From the NCBI RefSeq assembly GCF_044647545.1, contig NZ_CP172818.1: a DNA stretch of 64,000 nucleotides. One strand, given 5' to 3'. Below, piece after piece: positions 28,810 through 39,545 of the stretch. How positions within the stretch are numbered: position 1 is the first letter of the stretch; every line of letters starts with the position of its first letter. Made by a program: the position numbers and the translations under genes. Below the pieces are notes generated by a model. That model saw nothing but the letters and a program-made list of their open reading frames with translations, did no database searches and had not been told where the DNA came from. Origin of the DNA: Escherichia coli (GTDB lineage: Bacteria; Pseudomonadota; Gammaproteobacteria; Enterobacterales; Enterobacteriaceae).

Positions 28810-29816
28810 ATAATATCCAACTCGCCCACGGTAGCGGCGGCCAGGCGATGCAGCAATTAATCAACAGCCTGTTTATGGAAGCCTTTGCCAACCCATGGCT
28901 GGCAGAGCAGGAAGATCAGGCCCGTCTTGATCTGGCGCAGCTGGTAGCGGAAGGCGACCGTCTGGCGTTCTCCACCGACAGCTACGTCATCGACCCGCTG
29001 TTCTTTCCTGGTGGCAATATCGGCAAGTTGGCGATTTGCGGCACCGCGAACGACGTAGCGGTCAGTGGCGCTATTCCGCGTTATCTCTCCTGTGGATTTA
29101 TCCTTGAAGAAGGATTACCGATGGAGACGCTGAAAGCCGTTGTGACCAGCATGGCAGAAACCGCCCGCGCGGCAGGCATTGCCATCGTTACTGGCGACAC
29201 TAAAGTGGTGCAGCGCGGCGCGGCAGATAAACTGTTTATCAACACCGCTGGTATGGGCGCAATTCCGGCGAATATTCACTGGGGCGCACAGACGCTAACC
29301 GCAGGCGATGTATTGCTGGTTAGCGGTACACTCGGCGACCACGGGGCGACTATCCTTAACCTGCGTGAGCAGCTGGGGCTGGATGGCGAACTGGTCAGCG
29401 ACTGTGCGGTACTAACGCCGCTTATTCAGACGCTGCGTGACATTCCCTGCGTGAAAGCGCTGCGTGATGCCACCCGTGGTGGTGTAAACGCGGTGGTACA
29501 TGAGTTCGCGGAAGCCTGCGGTTGTGGTATTGAAATTTCAGAAGCGGCACTGCCGGTTAAACCTGCTGTGCGCGGCGTTTGCGAACTGCTGGGACTGGAC
29601 GCCCTTAACTTTGCCAACGAAGGCAAACTGGTGATCGCCGTTGAACGCAACGCGGCAGAGCAAGTGCTGGCAGCGTTACATTCCCATCCACTGGGAAAAG
29701 ACGCGGCGCTGATTGGTGAAGTGGTGGAACGTAAAGGTGTTCGTCTTGCCGGTCTATATGGCGTGAAACGAACCCTCGATTTACCACACGCCGAACCGCT
29801 TCCGCGTATATGCTAA
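28806..29816 (+). CDS. hypE: hydrogenase maturation carbamoyl dehydratase HypE
   Basis: 336 aa ORF, PurM-like fold, C-terminal PRIC. Confidence 0.9.
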   Translation: MNNIQLAHGSGGQAMQQLINSLFMEAFANPWLAEQEDQARLDLAQLVAEGDRLAFSTDSYVIDPLFFPGGNIGKLAICGTANDVAVSGAIPRYLSCGFILEEGLPMETLKAVVTSMAETARAAGIAIVTGDTKVVQRGAADKLFINTAGMGAIPANIHWGAQTLTAGDVLLVSGTLGDHGATILNLREQLGLDGELVSDCAVLTPLIQTLRDIPCVKALRDATRGGVNAVVHEFAEACGCGIEISEAALPVKPAVRGVCELLGLDALNFANEGKLVIAVERNAAEQVLAALHSHPLGKDAALIGEVVERKGVRLAGLYGVKRTLDLPHAEPLPRIC

Positions 29817-29889
29817 TAAAATTCTAAATCTCCTATAGTTAGTCAATGACCTTTTGCACCGCTTTGCGGTGCTTTCCTGGAAGAACAAA

Positions 29890-31968
29890 ATGTCATATAC
29901 ACCGATGAGTGATCTCGGACAACAAGGGTTGTTCGACATCACTCGGACACTATTGCAGCAGCCCGATCTGGCCTCGCTGTGTGAGGCTCTTTCGCAACTG
30001 GTAAAGCGTTCTGCGCTCGCCGACAACGCGGCTATTGTGTTGTGGCAAGCGCAGACTCAACGTGCGTCTTATTACGCGTCGCGTGAAAAAGACACCCCCA
30101 TTAAATATGAAGACGAAACTGTTCTGGCACACGGTCCGGTACGCAGCATTTTGTCGCGCCCTGATACGCTGCATTGCAGTTACGAAGAATTTTGTGAAAC
30201 CTGGCCGCAGCTGGCCGCAGGTGGGCTATACCCCAAATTTGGTCACTATTGCCTGATGCCACTGGCGGCGGAAGGGCATATTTTTGGTGGCTGTGAATTT
30301 ATTCGTTATGACGATCGCCCGTGGAGTGAAAAAGAGTTCAATCGCCTGCAAACATTTACGCAGATCGTTTCTGTCGTCACCGAACAAATCCAGAGCCGCG
30401 TCGTTAACAATGTCGACTATGAGTTGTTATGCCGGGAACGCGATAACTTCCGCATCCTGGTCGCCATCACCAACGCGGTGCTTTCCCGCCTGGATATGGA
30501 CGAACTGGTCAGCGAAGTCGCCAAAGAAATCCATTACTATTTCGACATTGACGATATCAGCATTGTCTTACGCAGCCACCGTAAAAACAAACTCAACATC
30601 TACTCCACTCACTATCTTGATAAACAGCATCCCGCCCACGAACAGAGCGAAGTCGATGAAGCCGGAACCCTCACCGAACGCGTCTTCAAAAGTAAAGAGA
30701 TGCTGTTGATTAATCTCCACGAGCGGGACGATTTAGCCCCCTATGAACGCATGTTGTTCGACACCTGGGGCAACCAGATTCAAACCTTGTGCCTGTTACC
30801 GCTGATGTCTGGCGACACCATGCTGGGCGTGCTGAAACTGGCGCAATGCGAAGAGAAAGTATTTACCACTACCAATCTGAGCTTACTGCGCCAGATTGCC
30901 GAACGTGTGGCAATCGCTGTCGATAACGCCCTCGCCTATCAGGAAATTCATCGTCTGAAAGAACGGCTGGTTGATGAAAACCTCGCCCTGACCGAGCAGC
31001 TCAACAATGTTGATAGTGAATTTGGCGAGATTATTGGCCGCAGCGAAGCCATGTACAGCGTACTTAAACAAGTTGAAATGGTGGCGCAAAGTGACAGTAC
31101 CGTGCTGATCCTCGGTGAAACTGGTACAGGTAAAGAGCTGATTGCCCGCGCGATCCATAATCTCAGTGGGCGTAATAATCGCCGCATGGTCAAAATGAAC
31201 TGCGCGGCGATGCCTGCCGGATTGCTGGAGAGCGATCTATTTGGTCATGAGCGTGGGGCTTTTACCGGTGCCAGCGCTCAGCGCATTGGTCGTTTTGAAC
31301 TGGCGGATAAAAGCTCACTATTCCTCGATGAAGTGGGCGATATGCCGCTGGAGTTACAGCCGAAGTTGCTGCGTGTATTACAGGAACAGGAGTTTGAACG
31401 TCTTGGCAGCAACAAAATCATTCAGACGGACGTACGTTTAATTGCCGCGACTAACCGCGATCTGAAAAAAATGGTCGCAGACCGAGAGTTCCGTAGCGAT
31501 CTCTATTACCGCCTGAACGTATTCCCGATCCACCTGCCGCCACTACGCGAGCGTCCGGAAGATATTCCGCTGCTGGCGAAAGCCTTTACCTTCAAAATTG
31601 CCCGTCGTCTGGGGCGCAATATCGACAGCATTCCTGCCGAGACGCTGCGCATCCTGAGCAACATGGAATGGCCGTGCAACGTGCGTGAGCTGGAAAACGT
31701 CATTGAGCGCGCGGTATTGCTAACACGCGGCAACGTGCTGCAGCTGTCATTGCCAGATATTGCTTTACCAGAACCTGAAACGCCGCCTGCCGCAACGGTT
31801 GTCGCCCAGGAGGGCGAAGATGAATATCAGTTGATTGTTCGCGTGCTGAAAGAAACCAACGGCGTGGTTGCCGGGCCTAAAGGCGCTGCGCAACGTCTGG
31901 GGCTGAAACGCACGACTCTGCTGTCACGGATGAAGCGACTGGGAATTGATAAATCGGCATTGATTTAA
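29890..31968 (+). CDS. fhlA: formate hydrogenlyase sigma54-dependent transcriptional activator
   Basis: ORF 29854..31968 trimmed to MSYTPMSDLGQQGLF; two GAF domains, AAA+ with GETGTGKE and GAFTGA, C-terminal HTH. Confidence 0.92.
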   Translation: MSYTPMSDLGQQGLFDITRTLLQQPDLASLCEALSQLVKRSALADNAAIVLWQAQTQRASYYASREKDTPIKYEDETVLAHGPVRSILSRPDTLHCSYEEFCETWPQLAAGGLYPKFGHYCLMPLAAEGHIFGGCEFIRYDDRPWSEKEFNRLQTFTQIVSVVTEQIQSRVVNNVDYELLCRERDNFRILVAITNAVLSRLDMDELVSEVAKEIHYYFDIDDISIVLRSHRKNKLNIYSTHYLDKQHPAHEQSEVDEAGTLTERVFKSKEMLLINLHERDDLAPYERMLFDTWGNQIQTLCLLPLMSGDTMLGVLKLAQCEEKVFTTTNLSLLRQIAERVAIAVDNALAYQEIHRLKERLVDENLALTEQLNNVDSEFGEIIGRSEAMYSVLKQVEMVAQSDSTVLILGETGTGKELIARAIHNLSGRNNRRMVKMNCAAMPAGLLESDLFGHERGAFTGASAQRIGRFELADKSSLFLDEVGDMPLELQPKLLRVLQEQEFERLGSNKIIQTDVRLIAATNRDLKKMVADREFRSDLYYRLNVFPIHLPPLRERPEDIPLLAKAFTFKIARRLGRNIDSIPAETLRILSNMEWPCNVRELENVIERAVLLTRGNVLQLSLPDIALPEPETPPAATVVAQEGEDEYQLIVRVLKETNGVVAGPKGAAQRLGLKRTTLLSRMKRLGIDKSALI

Positions 31969-32011
31969 CAGATGTGTTATACTCGATCAACATTCAATGA
32001 AAGGAGGCAGT

Positions 32012-32059
32012 ATGGCAGTTTCAGCAAGAAATCAATTAACCGGAACAGTTACGCAGTAG
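32012..32059 (+). pseudogene. 15-codon ORF with molbindin (Mop/TOBE)-like N-terminus MAVSARNQLTGTVTQ behind a strong RBS; truncated
   Basis: aaggagg 6 nt upstream of ATG; MxxSARNxLxGxV is the typical start of Mop domains; in-frame TAG after 15 codons. Confidence 0.35.
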
Positions 32060-32139
32060 CAATGGGCGCTTGAATGATGAAGTAGAACCGACGCCGCAGG
32101 TGTGCAAAACTTGCAATTGTTACACACAGCAGCCAGCAG

Positions 32140-32390
32140 GCTCTTGGCCGGGAAAAAGGAAAAAAAGGCGCCCCCCCGAAAAAGCCCCCGGGGGGAAACG
32201 CGGAAAAGAAAAGCGGGGGGGAAACTCCCCCCCCCCACCCGCTGCGCGGCGCGCGGGCAAACACCCGCGAAGGGCGGGGGGAGCCCCCTCCAAAAAAAAA
32301 AAGGGGGGGTTTTAAAATGGGGGGGAAAAAAAAAAAAAAGGAAGGAAAAAAAAACCCCCTAAAAAAAAAACACCAAAAAGGAAAAATTTG
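32140..32390. repeat. low-complexity block dominated by homopolymer runs (A up to 14, C up to 10, G up to 7)
   Basis: read directly; composition atypical for E. coli chromosome; resembles degraded base-calls. Confidence 0.8.
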
Positions 32391-32412
32391 CCGGAGAGTA
32401 TGGCTCTCCGGC
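32390..32412 (-). terminator. intrinsic terminator candidate for ygbA
   Basis: gccggagag-tatgg-ctctccggc hairpin 5 nt after ygbA stop, followed on the minus strand by a T-rich tract. Confidence 0.55.
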
Positions 32413-32416
32413 AGAT

Positions 32417-32761
32417 TTATTTCTTTGGACGATATTTTTCTGGCAACTCCGGCACCGGACGCTTGTCATCGATGAGATGACGCACGGTTAAGATCGGATG
32501 ACGCCACAGCATTCGCGGCCCGGCCCAACGCATAATCTGTTTCATCTCTTCACGCTTTGCTGGCTGGTAACAGTGCACCGGACACTGCTTACAGGCTGGT
32601 TTCTCTTCGCCGAACACACATTTATCCAGCCGCTTTTGCGCGTAGGCAAACAGCGCGTCGTAATGCTCCGGCTCCGCTGACGCCTGCGGGCATTTCGCTT
32701 GATAAAGATCGATCATTTTTTTAATCGTCAGTTTTTCACGAGAGATACGCTTGCCGGACAT
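32417..32761 (-). CDS. ygbA: Cys-rich small protein YgbA (nitrous oxide-stimulated promoter family)
   Basis: 114 aa ORF with CxxxC...CxxC...CxxCxxHC cysteine pattern. Confidence 0.85.
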   Translation of the reverse strand: MSGKRISREKLTIKKMIDLYQAKCPQASAEPEHYDALFAYAQKRLDKCVFGEEKPACKQCPVHCYQPAKREEMKQIMRWAGPRMLWRHPILTVRHLIDDKRPVPELPEKYRPKK

Positions 32762-33047
32762 GCTGCCTCCATACTCTTAAGGTGTATTTATATTACAACT
32801 TAATTTGAAAGGGGACTATGGCTCTGAAGGAGGAGGTTTATTCAACCGACGCAATTTTGCGTACTTGCTTCATAAGCATCACGCAAAAGCTGCAAAACAG
32901 CATCTTTCCCGGAATCACCATCAAGAACTCGCCGTTCGCTTCTTCCCCTGAAATGATTAACTCCGGTATCATGTGCGCCTTATGTGATAACAACGAAAAT
33001 AAAAACCATCACACCCCATTTAATATCAGGGAACCGGACATAACCCC

Positions 33048-35609
33048 ATGAGTGCAATAGAAAATTTCGATGCCCATACGCCCATGATGCAGCAGTATCT
33101 CAAGCTGAAAGCCCAGCATCCCGAGATCCTGCTGTTTTACCGGATGGGCGACTTTTATGAACTGTTTTATGACGACGCAAAACGGGCGTCGCAACTGCTG
33201 GATATTTCACTGACCAAACGCGGTGCTTCAGCGGGAGAGCCAATCCCGATGGCGGGGATTCCCTACCATGCGGTGGAAAACTACCTCGCCAAACTGGTGA
33301 ACCAGGGCGAATCGGTTGCTATTTGTGAACAGATTGGCGATCCGGCGACCAGCAAAGGGCCGGTCGAGCGCAAAGTTGTCCGTATCGTTACGCCGGGCAC
33401 CATCAGCGATGAAGCGCTGTTGCAGGAACGTCAGGACAACCTGCTGGCGGCTATCTGGCAGGACAGTAAAGGTTTCGGCTACGCAACGCTGGATATCAGT
33501 TCCGGTCGTTTTCGCCTGAGCGAACCGGCGGACCGCGAAACGATGGCGGCAGAACTGCAACGTACGAATCCAGCGGAATTACTGTATGCGGAAGATTTCG
33601 CCGAGATGTCGCTGATTGAAGGTCGCCGCGGCCTGCGTCGTCGCCCGCTGTGGGAGTTTGAAATCGACACCGCGCGCCAGCAGTTAAACTTGCAATTTGG
33701 CACTCGCGATCTGGTCGGTTTTGGCGTCGAGAACGCGCCGCGCGGACTTTGTGCCGCCGGTTGTCTGTTGCAATATGCGAAAGATACCCAACGCACGACC
33801 CTGCCGCATATTCGTTCTATCACTATGGAACGTGAGCAGGACAGCATCATTATGGATGCCGCGACGCGTCGTAACCTGGAAATCACCCAGAATCTGGCGG
33901 GTGGTGCGGAAAATACGCTGGCTTCTGTGCTCGACTGCACCGTCACGCCGATGGGCAGCCGTATGCTGAAACGCTGGCTGCATATGCCAGTGCGCGATAC
34001 CCGCGTCTTGCTTGAGCGCCAGCAAACTATTGGCGCATTGCAGGATTTCACCGCCGAGCTGCAGCCGGTACTGCGTCAGGTCGGCGACCTGGAACGTATT
34101 CTGGCGCGTCTGGCTTTACGAACCGCTCGCCCACGCGATCTGGCCCGTATGCGTCACGCTTTCCAGCAACTGCCGGAGCTGCGTGCACTATTAGAAAATG
34201 TCGAAAGCGCACCGGTACAGGCGCTGCGTGAGAAGATGGGCGAGTTTGCCGAACTGCGCGATCTGCTGGAGCGGGCCATTATCGACACACCGCCGGTACT
34301 GGTGCGCGACGGTGGTGTTATCGCGCCGGGCTATAACGAAGAGCTGGATGAGTGGCGGGCGCTGGCTGACGGCGCGACCGATTATCTGGAGCGTCTGGAA
34401 ATCCGCGAGCGTGAACGTACCGGCCTGGACACGCTGAAAGTCGGCTTTAACGCGGTTCATGGTTATTACATTCAGATCAGCCGTGGACAAAGCCATCTGG
34501 CACCCATCAACTATATGCGTCGCCAGACGCTGAAAAACGCCGAACGCTACATTATTCCAGAGCTAAAAGAGTATGAAGACAAAGTACTCACCTCGAAAGG
34601 TAAAGCACTGGCACTGGAAAAACAGCTTTATGAAGAGTTGTTCGACCTGCTGTTGCCGCATCTGGAAGCGTTGCAACAGAGCGCGAGCGCGCTGGCGGAA
34701 CTCGACGTGCTGGTGAACCTGGCGGAACGGGCCTATACCCTGAACTACACCTGCCCGACCTTTATTGATAAACCTGGCATTCGCATTACCGAAGGCCGCC
34801 ATCCAGTGGTTGAACAGGTACTGAACGAACCGTTTATCGCTAACCCGCTAAACCTGTCGCCACAGCGCCGCATGTTGATCATTACCGGTCCGAACATGGG
34901 CGGTAAAAGTACCTATATGCGCCAGACCGCGTTGATTGCGCTGATGGCGTATATCGGCAGCTACGTACCGGCGCAAAAAGTCGAGATTGGCCCGATCGAC
35001 CGTATCTTTACCCGCGTAGGCGCGGCAGACGATCTGGCATCCGGGCGTTCAACCTTTATGGTGGAGATGACCGAAACCGCCAATATTTTACATAACGCCA
35101 CCGAATATAGTCTGGTGTTGATGGATGAGATCGGGCGTGGAACGTCCACTTACGATGGTCTGTCGCTGGCGTGGGCATGCGCGGAAAATCTGGCAAATAA
35201 GATCAAAGCGTTGACGCTGTTTGCTACCCACTATTTCGAGCTGACCCAGTTACCGGAGAAAATGGAAGGCGTCGCCAACGTGCATCTCGATGCGCTGGAG
35301 CACGGCGACACCATTGCCTTTATGCACAGCGTGCAGGATGGCGCGGCGAGCAAAAGCTACGGCCTGGCGGTTGCAGCTCTGGCAGGCGTGCCAAAAGAGG
35401 TTATTAAGCGCGCACGGCAAAAACTGCGTGAGCTGGAAAGCATTTCGCCGAACGCCGCCGCTACACAGGTTGATGGTACGCAGATGTCCCTGCTTTCTGC
35501 GCCAGAAGAAACGTCGCCTGCGGTCGAGGCACTGGAAAACCTCGACCCGGATTCACTGACTCCGCGTCAGGCGCTGGAGTGGATTTATCGGTTGAAGAGT
35601 CTGGTGTAA
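33048..35609 (+). CDS. mutS: DNA mismatch repair protein MutS
   Basis: 853 aa ORF; N-terminal mismatch-binding GDFYELF, Walker [10 protein letters not shown]. Confidence 0.95.
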   Translation: MSAIENFDAHTPMMQQYLKLKAQHPEILLFYRMGDFYELFYDDAKRASQLLDISLTKRGASAGEPIPMAGIPYHAVENYLAKLVNQGESVAICEQIGDPATSKGPVERKVVRIVTPGTISDEALLQERQDNLLAAIWQDSKGFGYATLDISSGRFRLSEPADRETMAAELQRTNPAELLYAEDFAEMSLIEGRRGLRRRPLWEFEIDTARQQLNLQFGTRDLVGFGVENAPRGLCAAGCLLQYAKDTQRTTLPHIRSITMEREQDSIIMDAATRRNLEITQNLAGGAENTLASVLDCTVTPMGSRMLKRWLHMPVRDTRVLLERQQTIGALQDFTAELQPVLRQVGDLERILARLALRTARPRDLARMRHAFQQLPELRALLENVESAPVQALREKMGEFAELRDLLERAIIDTPPVLVRDGGVIAPGYNEELDEWRALADGATDYLERLEIRERERTGLDTLKVGFNAVHGYYIQISRGQSHLAPINYMRRQTLKNAERYIIPELKEYEDKVLTSKGKALALEKQLYEELFDLLLPHLEALQQSASALAELDVLVNLAERAYTLNYTCPTFIDKPGIRITEGRHPVVEQVLNEPFIANPLNLSPQRRMLIITGPNMGGKSTYMRQTALIALMAYIGSYVPAQKVEIGPIDRIFTRVGAADDLASGRSTFMVEMTETANILHNATEYSLVLMDEIGRGTSTYDGLSLAWACAENLANKIKALTLFATHYFELTQLPEKMEGVANVHLDALEHGDTIAFMHSVQDGAASKSYGLAVAALAGVPKEVIKRARQKLRELESISPNAAATQVDGTQMSLLSAPEETSPAVEALENLDPDSLTPRQALEWIYRLKSLV

Positions 35610-35615
35610 TAACAA

Positions 35616-35642
35616 TTCCCGATAGTCTTTTGCTATCGGGAA
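35616..35642 (+). terminator. 10-bp stem hairpin after mutS (ttcccgatag-tcttttg-ctatcgggaa)
   Basis: read in sequence 7 nt after mutS stop; no strong U-run. Confidence 0.45.
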
Positions 35643-35714
35643 TATTAACGACAACTGACGAATCAAATAAAAATACCCTGTATAATAGGAAATCTTATTT
35701 TACAGGGTAAAACC

Positions 35715-36371
35715 ATGCCATCTACACGCTATCAAAAAATTAATGCCCATCACTATCGTTATATATGGGCCGTTGGTGATATTCATGGTGACTATCAATT
35801 ATTACAATCCCGCTTACATCAACTCTCTTTTTGCCCTGAAACCGACTTACTTATTTCCACAGGCGATAATATTGATCGTGGGCCGAAGAGTCTTAACGTG
35901 CTGCACCTGCTAAACCAACCCTGGTTTACGTCGGTTAAAGGCAACCACGAAGCGATGGCGTTGGATGCATTCGAAACTGGCGATGGAAATATGTGGCTTG
36001 CCAGCGGTGGTGACTGGTTTTTCGATTTAAATGATTCAGAGCAACAAGCGGCAATAGATCTGTTGCTGAAATTCCATCACCTTCCACATATTATTGAAGT
36101 TACTAACGACAACACAAAATATGTCATCACACATGCAGATTATCCGGGGAATGAATATCTCTTTGGTAAAGAAATAGCGGAGAGCGAATTACTCTGGCCT
36201 GTTGATCGTGTGCAGAAATCGCTTAATGGCGAGTTACAACAAATAAACGGCGCTGATTATTTTATATTTGGACATATGGTGTTTGATAACATTCAGACGT
36301 TCGCAAACCAGATTTATATTGATACCGGATCGCCGAAAAGCGGGCGGCTGTCATTTTATAAAATAAAGTAG
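35715..36371 (+). CDS. pphB: serine/threonine protein phosphatase 2 (calcineurin-like metallophosphatase)
   Basis: 218 aa ORF with GDIHGD and GDNIDRGP metallophosphatase motifs. Confidence 0.9.
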   Translation: MPSTRYQKINAHHYRYIWAVGDIHGDYQLLQSRLHQLSFCPETDLLISTGDNIDRGPKSLNVLHLLNQPWFTSVKGNHEAMALDAFETGDGNMWLASGGDWFFDLNDSEQQAAIDLLLKFHHLPHIIEVTNDNTKYVITHADYPGNEYLFGKEIAESELLWPVDRVQKSLNGELQQINGADYFIFGHMVFDNIQTFANQIYIDTGSPKSGRLSFYKIK

Positions 36372-36372
36372 T

Positions 36373-36398
36373 CTCATGCTTCTTCTGTGAAGCATGAG
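36373..36398. terminator. 10-bp perfect hairpin (ctcatgcttc-ttctgt-gaagcatgag) between convergent pphB and ygbI
   Basis: read in sequence 2 nt after pphB stop. Confidence 0.5.
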
Positions 36399-36399
36399 T

Positions 36400-37150
36400 A
36401 ACCGAGATGTTCTGCAGGCCCCTACTCATTTTTCGCTACCAGCAAAGAGAGATCCTGCTTCGCCAGCACGCAACTGGCGCTCTCCGGCGAAGCCGCATAT
36501 CTAATAATCTGATCAAACTAGTAATGGTAACGCCAGCCATGTCGCCACCTGACCATATTTCGTCGCATCACAGACCAAAACTCGCTGGCGGCTGGCACTG
36601 GCAATCGCCCGTTTCACCGTGACTTTATCTTTCCGCTGGCGTAAATCCCCCGCACACTCCATGACGATGCAGAAATAAAAACCTGATCAATCATCAGGCT
36701 GCGCAGCATGGTCGCAGCGGCTTCCCCGACACAGGAACGGTTTTCCCGACACACTGCACCGCCAGTGTGAATAATTGTGCAATTACTGTTGTCAGCAAGT
36801 AGTTCGCAATAACGAAATCGTTTGTGACCACAGTCAGTGACTCCATGTGAATCAGATGCTGTGCTATCGCTAACGTGGTCGTTCCCGCATCCAGATAGAT
36901 ACAACTTTCCGGCTGAACAGACTTTTGCCGCCAGCTTGCCAATAGCCGCTTTTTGCGTCATTGCCAGCGCAGTTTTACCTAAGTTCGCCATGCGCCACGC
37001 GTCCCGGAGACTGGACGCCTCCGGACACCCAGCACAACGGCTCCCTGCTGCTCCAGTTTTTGTAAATCCCGACGAATGGTCATATGTGACACATTACTCA
37101 TTCTGTCCGTTAGTTCAGCAATACTGACAATGCCTTTTTCAGCTTATCTC
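36400..37150 (-). pseudogene. ygbI: DeoR-family regulator YgbI, reading frame broken in several places
   Basis: minus-strand translation gives DeoR HTH fragment VSHMTIRRDLQKLEQQGAVVLGV and a C-terminal sugar-binding fragment (ORF 36614..36991) in different frames separated by stops. Confidence 0.5.
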
Positions 37151-37382
37151 AAGGATCATCTGGCGACGCTCTACGGGTATCAACTTTTGCTCCTTCCTTT
37201 GTCCTGCTGACATTCTACGCTATTTGCCTGCGAAACGTGCGCGGCGCAACTAACGCTTAGTTCACATAAAATAACACACAATGTTAATTTATGTGAATCA
37301 GCTCACCATATCGTTATCTTCCAGCGCTTATATTCACAATATCAAACAAAATATCACTTAAATTAACCAACAAGGAGAGCAG

Positions 37383-38291
37383 ATGAAAACGGGATCTGAG
37401 TTTCATGTCGGTATCGTTGGCTTAGGGTGAATGGGAATGGGAGCAGCACTGTCATGTGTCACGAGCAGGTCTTTCTACCTGGGGCGCAGACCTGAACAGC
37501 AATGCCTGCGCTACGTTGAAAGAGGCAGGTGCTTGCGGGGTTGCTTGATAACGCCGCGACGTTTGCCGAAAAACTGGACATTATGCTGGTGCTGGTGGTA
37601 AATGCGGCCCAGGTTAAACAGGTGCTGTTTGGTGAAACGGCGTTTGCACAACATCTGAAACCCGGTACGGCAGTAATGGTTTCTTCCACTATCGCTAGTG
37701 CTGATCGCGCAAGAAATTGCTACCGCTCTGGCTGGATTCGATCTGGAAATGCTGGATGCGCCAGTTTCTGGTGGTGCAGTAAAAGCCGCTAACGGTGAAA
37801 TGACTGTCATGGCCTCCGGTAGCGATATTGCCTTTGAACGACTGGCACCCGTGCTGGAAGCCGTTGCCGGAAAAGTTTATCGCATAGGTGCAGAACCGGG
37901 ACTAAAGAGTTCGACCATTAAAGTTCTTCACCAGTTAGCGGGCGTACATATTGCTGCCGGAGCCGAAGCGATGGCACTTGCAGCCCGTGGGATCCCGCTG
38001 GATGTGATGTATGACGTCGTGACCAATGCCGCCGGAAATTCCTGGATGTTCGAAAACCAGATACGTCATGTGGTGGATGGCGATTACACCCCGCATTCAG
38101 CCGTCGATATTTTTGTTAAGGATCTTGGTCTGGTTGCCGATACAGCCAAAGCCCTGCACTTCCCGCTGCCATTGGCCTCAACAGCATTGAATATGTTCAC
38201 CAGCGCCAGTAACGCGGGTTACGGGAAAGAAGACGATAGCGCAGTTATCAAGATTTTCTCTGGCATCACTCTACCGGGAGCGAAATCATGA
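37383..38291 (+). pseudogene. ygbJ: 3-hydroxyisobutyrate dehydrogenase-family enzyme YgbJ (putative L-threonate dehydrogenase) with premature stop and compensating frameshifts
   Basis: ATG 37383 then GIVGLG Rossmann start, TGA at codon 16 (37428); middle segment readable in frame of ORF 37529..37792 and C-terminal 197 aa in ORF 37698..38291; total span 909 nt equals an intact 302-aa gene. Confidence 0.55.
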
Positions 38292-39454
38292 TCAAGATTG
38301 GCGTTATCGCCGATGATTTTACCGGCGCGACGGATATCGCCAGTTTTCTGGTGGAAAACGGTCTACCAACGGTACAAATTAACGGTGTTCCAACAGGTAA
38401 AATGCCGGAAGCAATCGACGCACTGGTGATCAGCCTGAAAACGCGCTCCTGTCCAGTGGTTGAAGCCACACAGCAATCGCTGGCGGCTCTGAGCTGGTTG
38501 CAACAGCAAGGTTGCAAACAGATCTATTTCAAATACTGCTCTACTTTCGACAGTACGGCGAAAGGTAATATTGGCCCGGTTACCGATGCCTTAATGGATG
38601 CTCTCGACACGCCGTTTACGGTCTTCTCTCCGGCCCTGCCGGTCAACGGACGTACGGTTTATCAGGGGTATTTGTTCGTAATGAATCAACTGCTGGCCGA
38701 ATCCGGGATGCGCCATCACCCGGTAAATCCCATGACCGACAGCTATCTTCCCCGTCTGGTTGAAGCGCAATCCACAGGGCGCTGCGGCGTCGTTTCGGCA
38801 CATGTTTTCGAACAAGGTGTGGATGCCGTTCGTCAAGAGCTGGCTCGCTTACAGCAAGAGGGCTACCGCTACGCGGTGCTTGATGCGCTGACCGAACACC
38901 ATCTGGAAATTCAGGGAGAAGCCTTGCGCGATGCCCCACTGGTAACGGGCGGTTCTGGTCTGGCGATTGGCCTGGCCCGGCAGTGGGCGCAAGAAAACGG
39001 TAACCAGGCTCGCAAAGCAGGGCGTCCGCTCGCTGGGCGCGGCGTAGTGCTCTCCGGTTCATGCTCTCAAATGACCAACCGCCAGGTAGCACATTACCGT
39101 CAAATTGCACCAGCCCGTGAAGTTGATGTGGCACGCTGCCTCTCAATTGAAACTCTGGCCGCTTATGCACACGAACTGGCAGAGTGGGTTCTGGGCCAGG
39201 AAAGTGTACTTGCTCCACTGGTTTTTGCCACCGCCAGCACTGACGCATTGGCAGCAATTCAACAGCAATACGGTGCACAAAAAGCCAGTCAGGCAGTAGA
39301 AACACTGTTTTCTCAACTAGCGGCGCGGTTAGCAGCGGAAGGCGTGACACGCTTTATTGTCGCAGGCGGTGAGACCTCCGGCGTAGTCACACAGAGCCTG
39401 GGAATAAAAGGGTTTCATATTGGCCCAACCATTTCCCCGGCGTGCCGTGGGTAA
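38288..39454 (+). CDS. ygbK: four-carbon acid sugar kinase family protein YgbK (putative 3-oxo-tetronate kinase)
   Basis: 388 aa ORF MIKIGVIADDFTGATDIASFL (DUF1537 N-terminus); 4-bp overlap with ygbJ stop. Confidence 0.8.
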   Translation: MIKIGVIADDFTGATDIASFLVENGLPTVQINGVPTGKMPEAIDALVISLKTRSCPVVEATQQSLAALSWLQQQGCKQIYFKYCSTFDSTAKGNIGPVTDALMDALDTPFTVFSPALPVNGRTVYQGYLFVMNQLLAESGMRHHPVNPMTDSYLPRLVEAQSTGRCGVVSAHVFEQGVDAVRQELARLQQEGYRYAVLDALTEHHLEIQGEALRDAPLVTGGSGLAIGLARQWAQENGNQARKAGRPLAGRGVVLSGSCSQMTNRQVAHYRQIAPAREVDVARCLSIETLAAYAHELAEWVLGQESVLAPLVFATASTDALAAIQQQYGAQKASQAVETLFSQLAARLAAEGVTRFIVAGGETSGVVTQSLGIKGFHIGPTISPACRG

Positions 39455-39545
39455 ACGCACTGGATAAGCCTGTCTCACTCGCCCTTAAATCTGGCAACTT
39501 CGGTGATGACGCCTTTTTTTCACGAGCCCAAAGAGAGTTTTTATC

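Noticed and set aside
32070-32362. Two Lys/Gly/Pro/Arg-rich ORFs (81 and 86 aa)
   Set aside because: Produced by the homopolymer-rich low-complexity block; composition is an artefact of A/G/C runs.
33479-34051. 190-aa minus-strand ORF
   Set aside because: Antisense to mutS; Arg/Ser-rich, no motifs.
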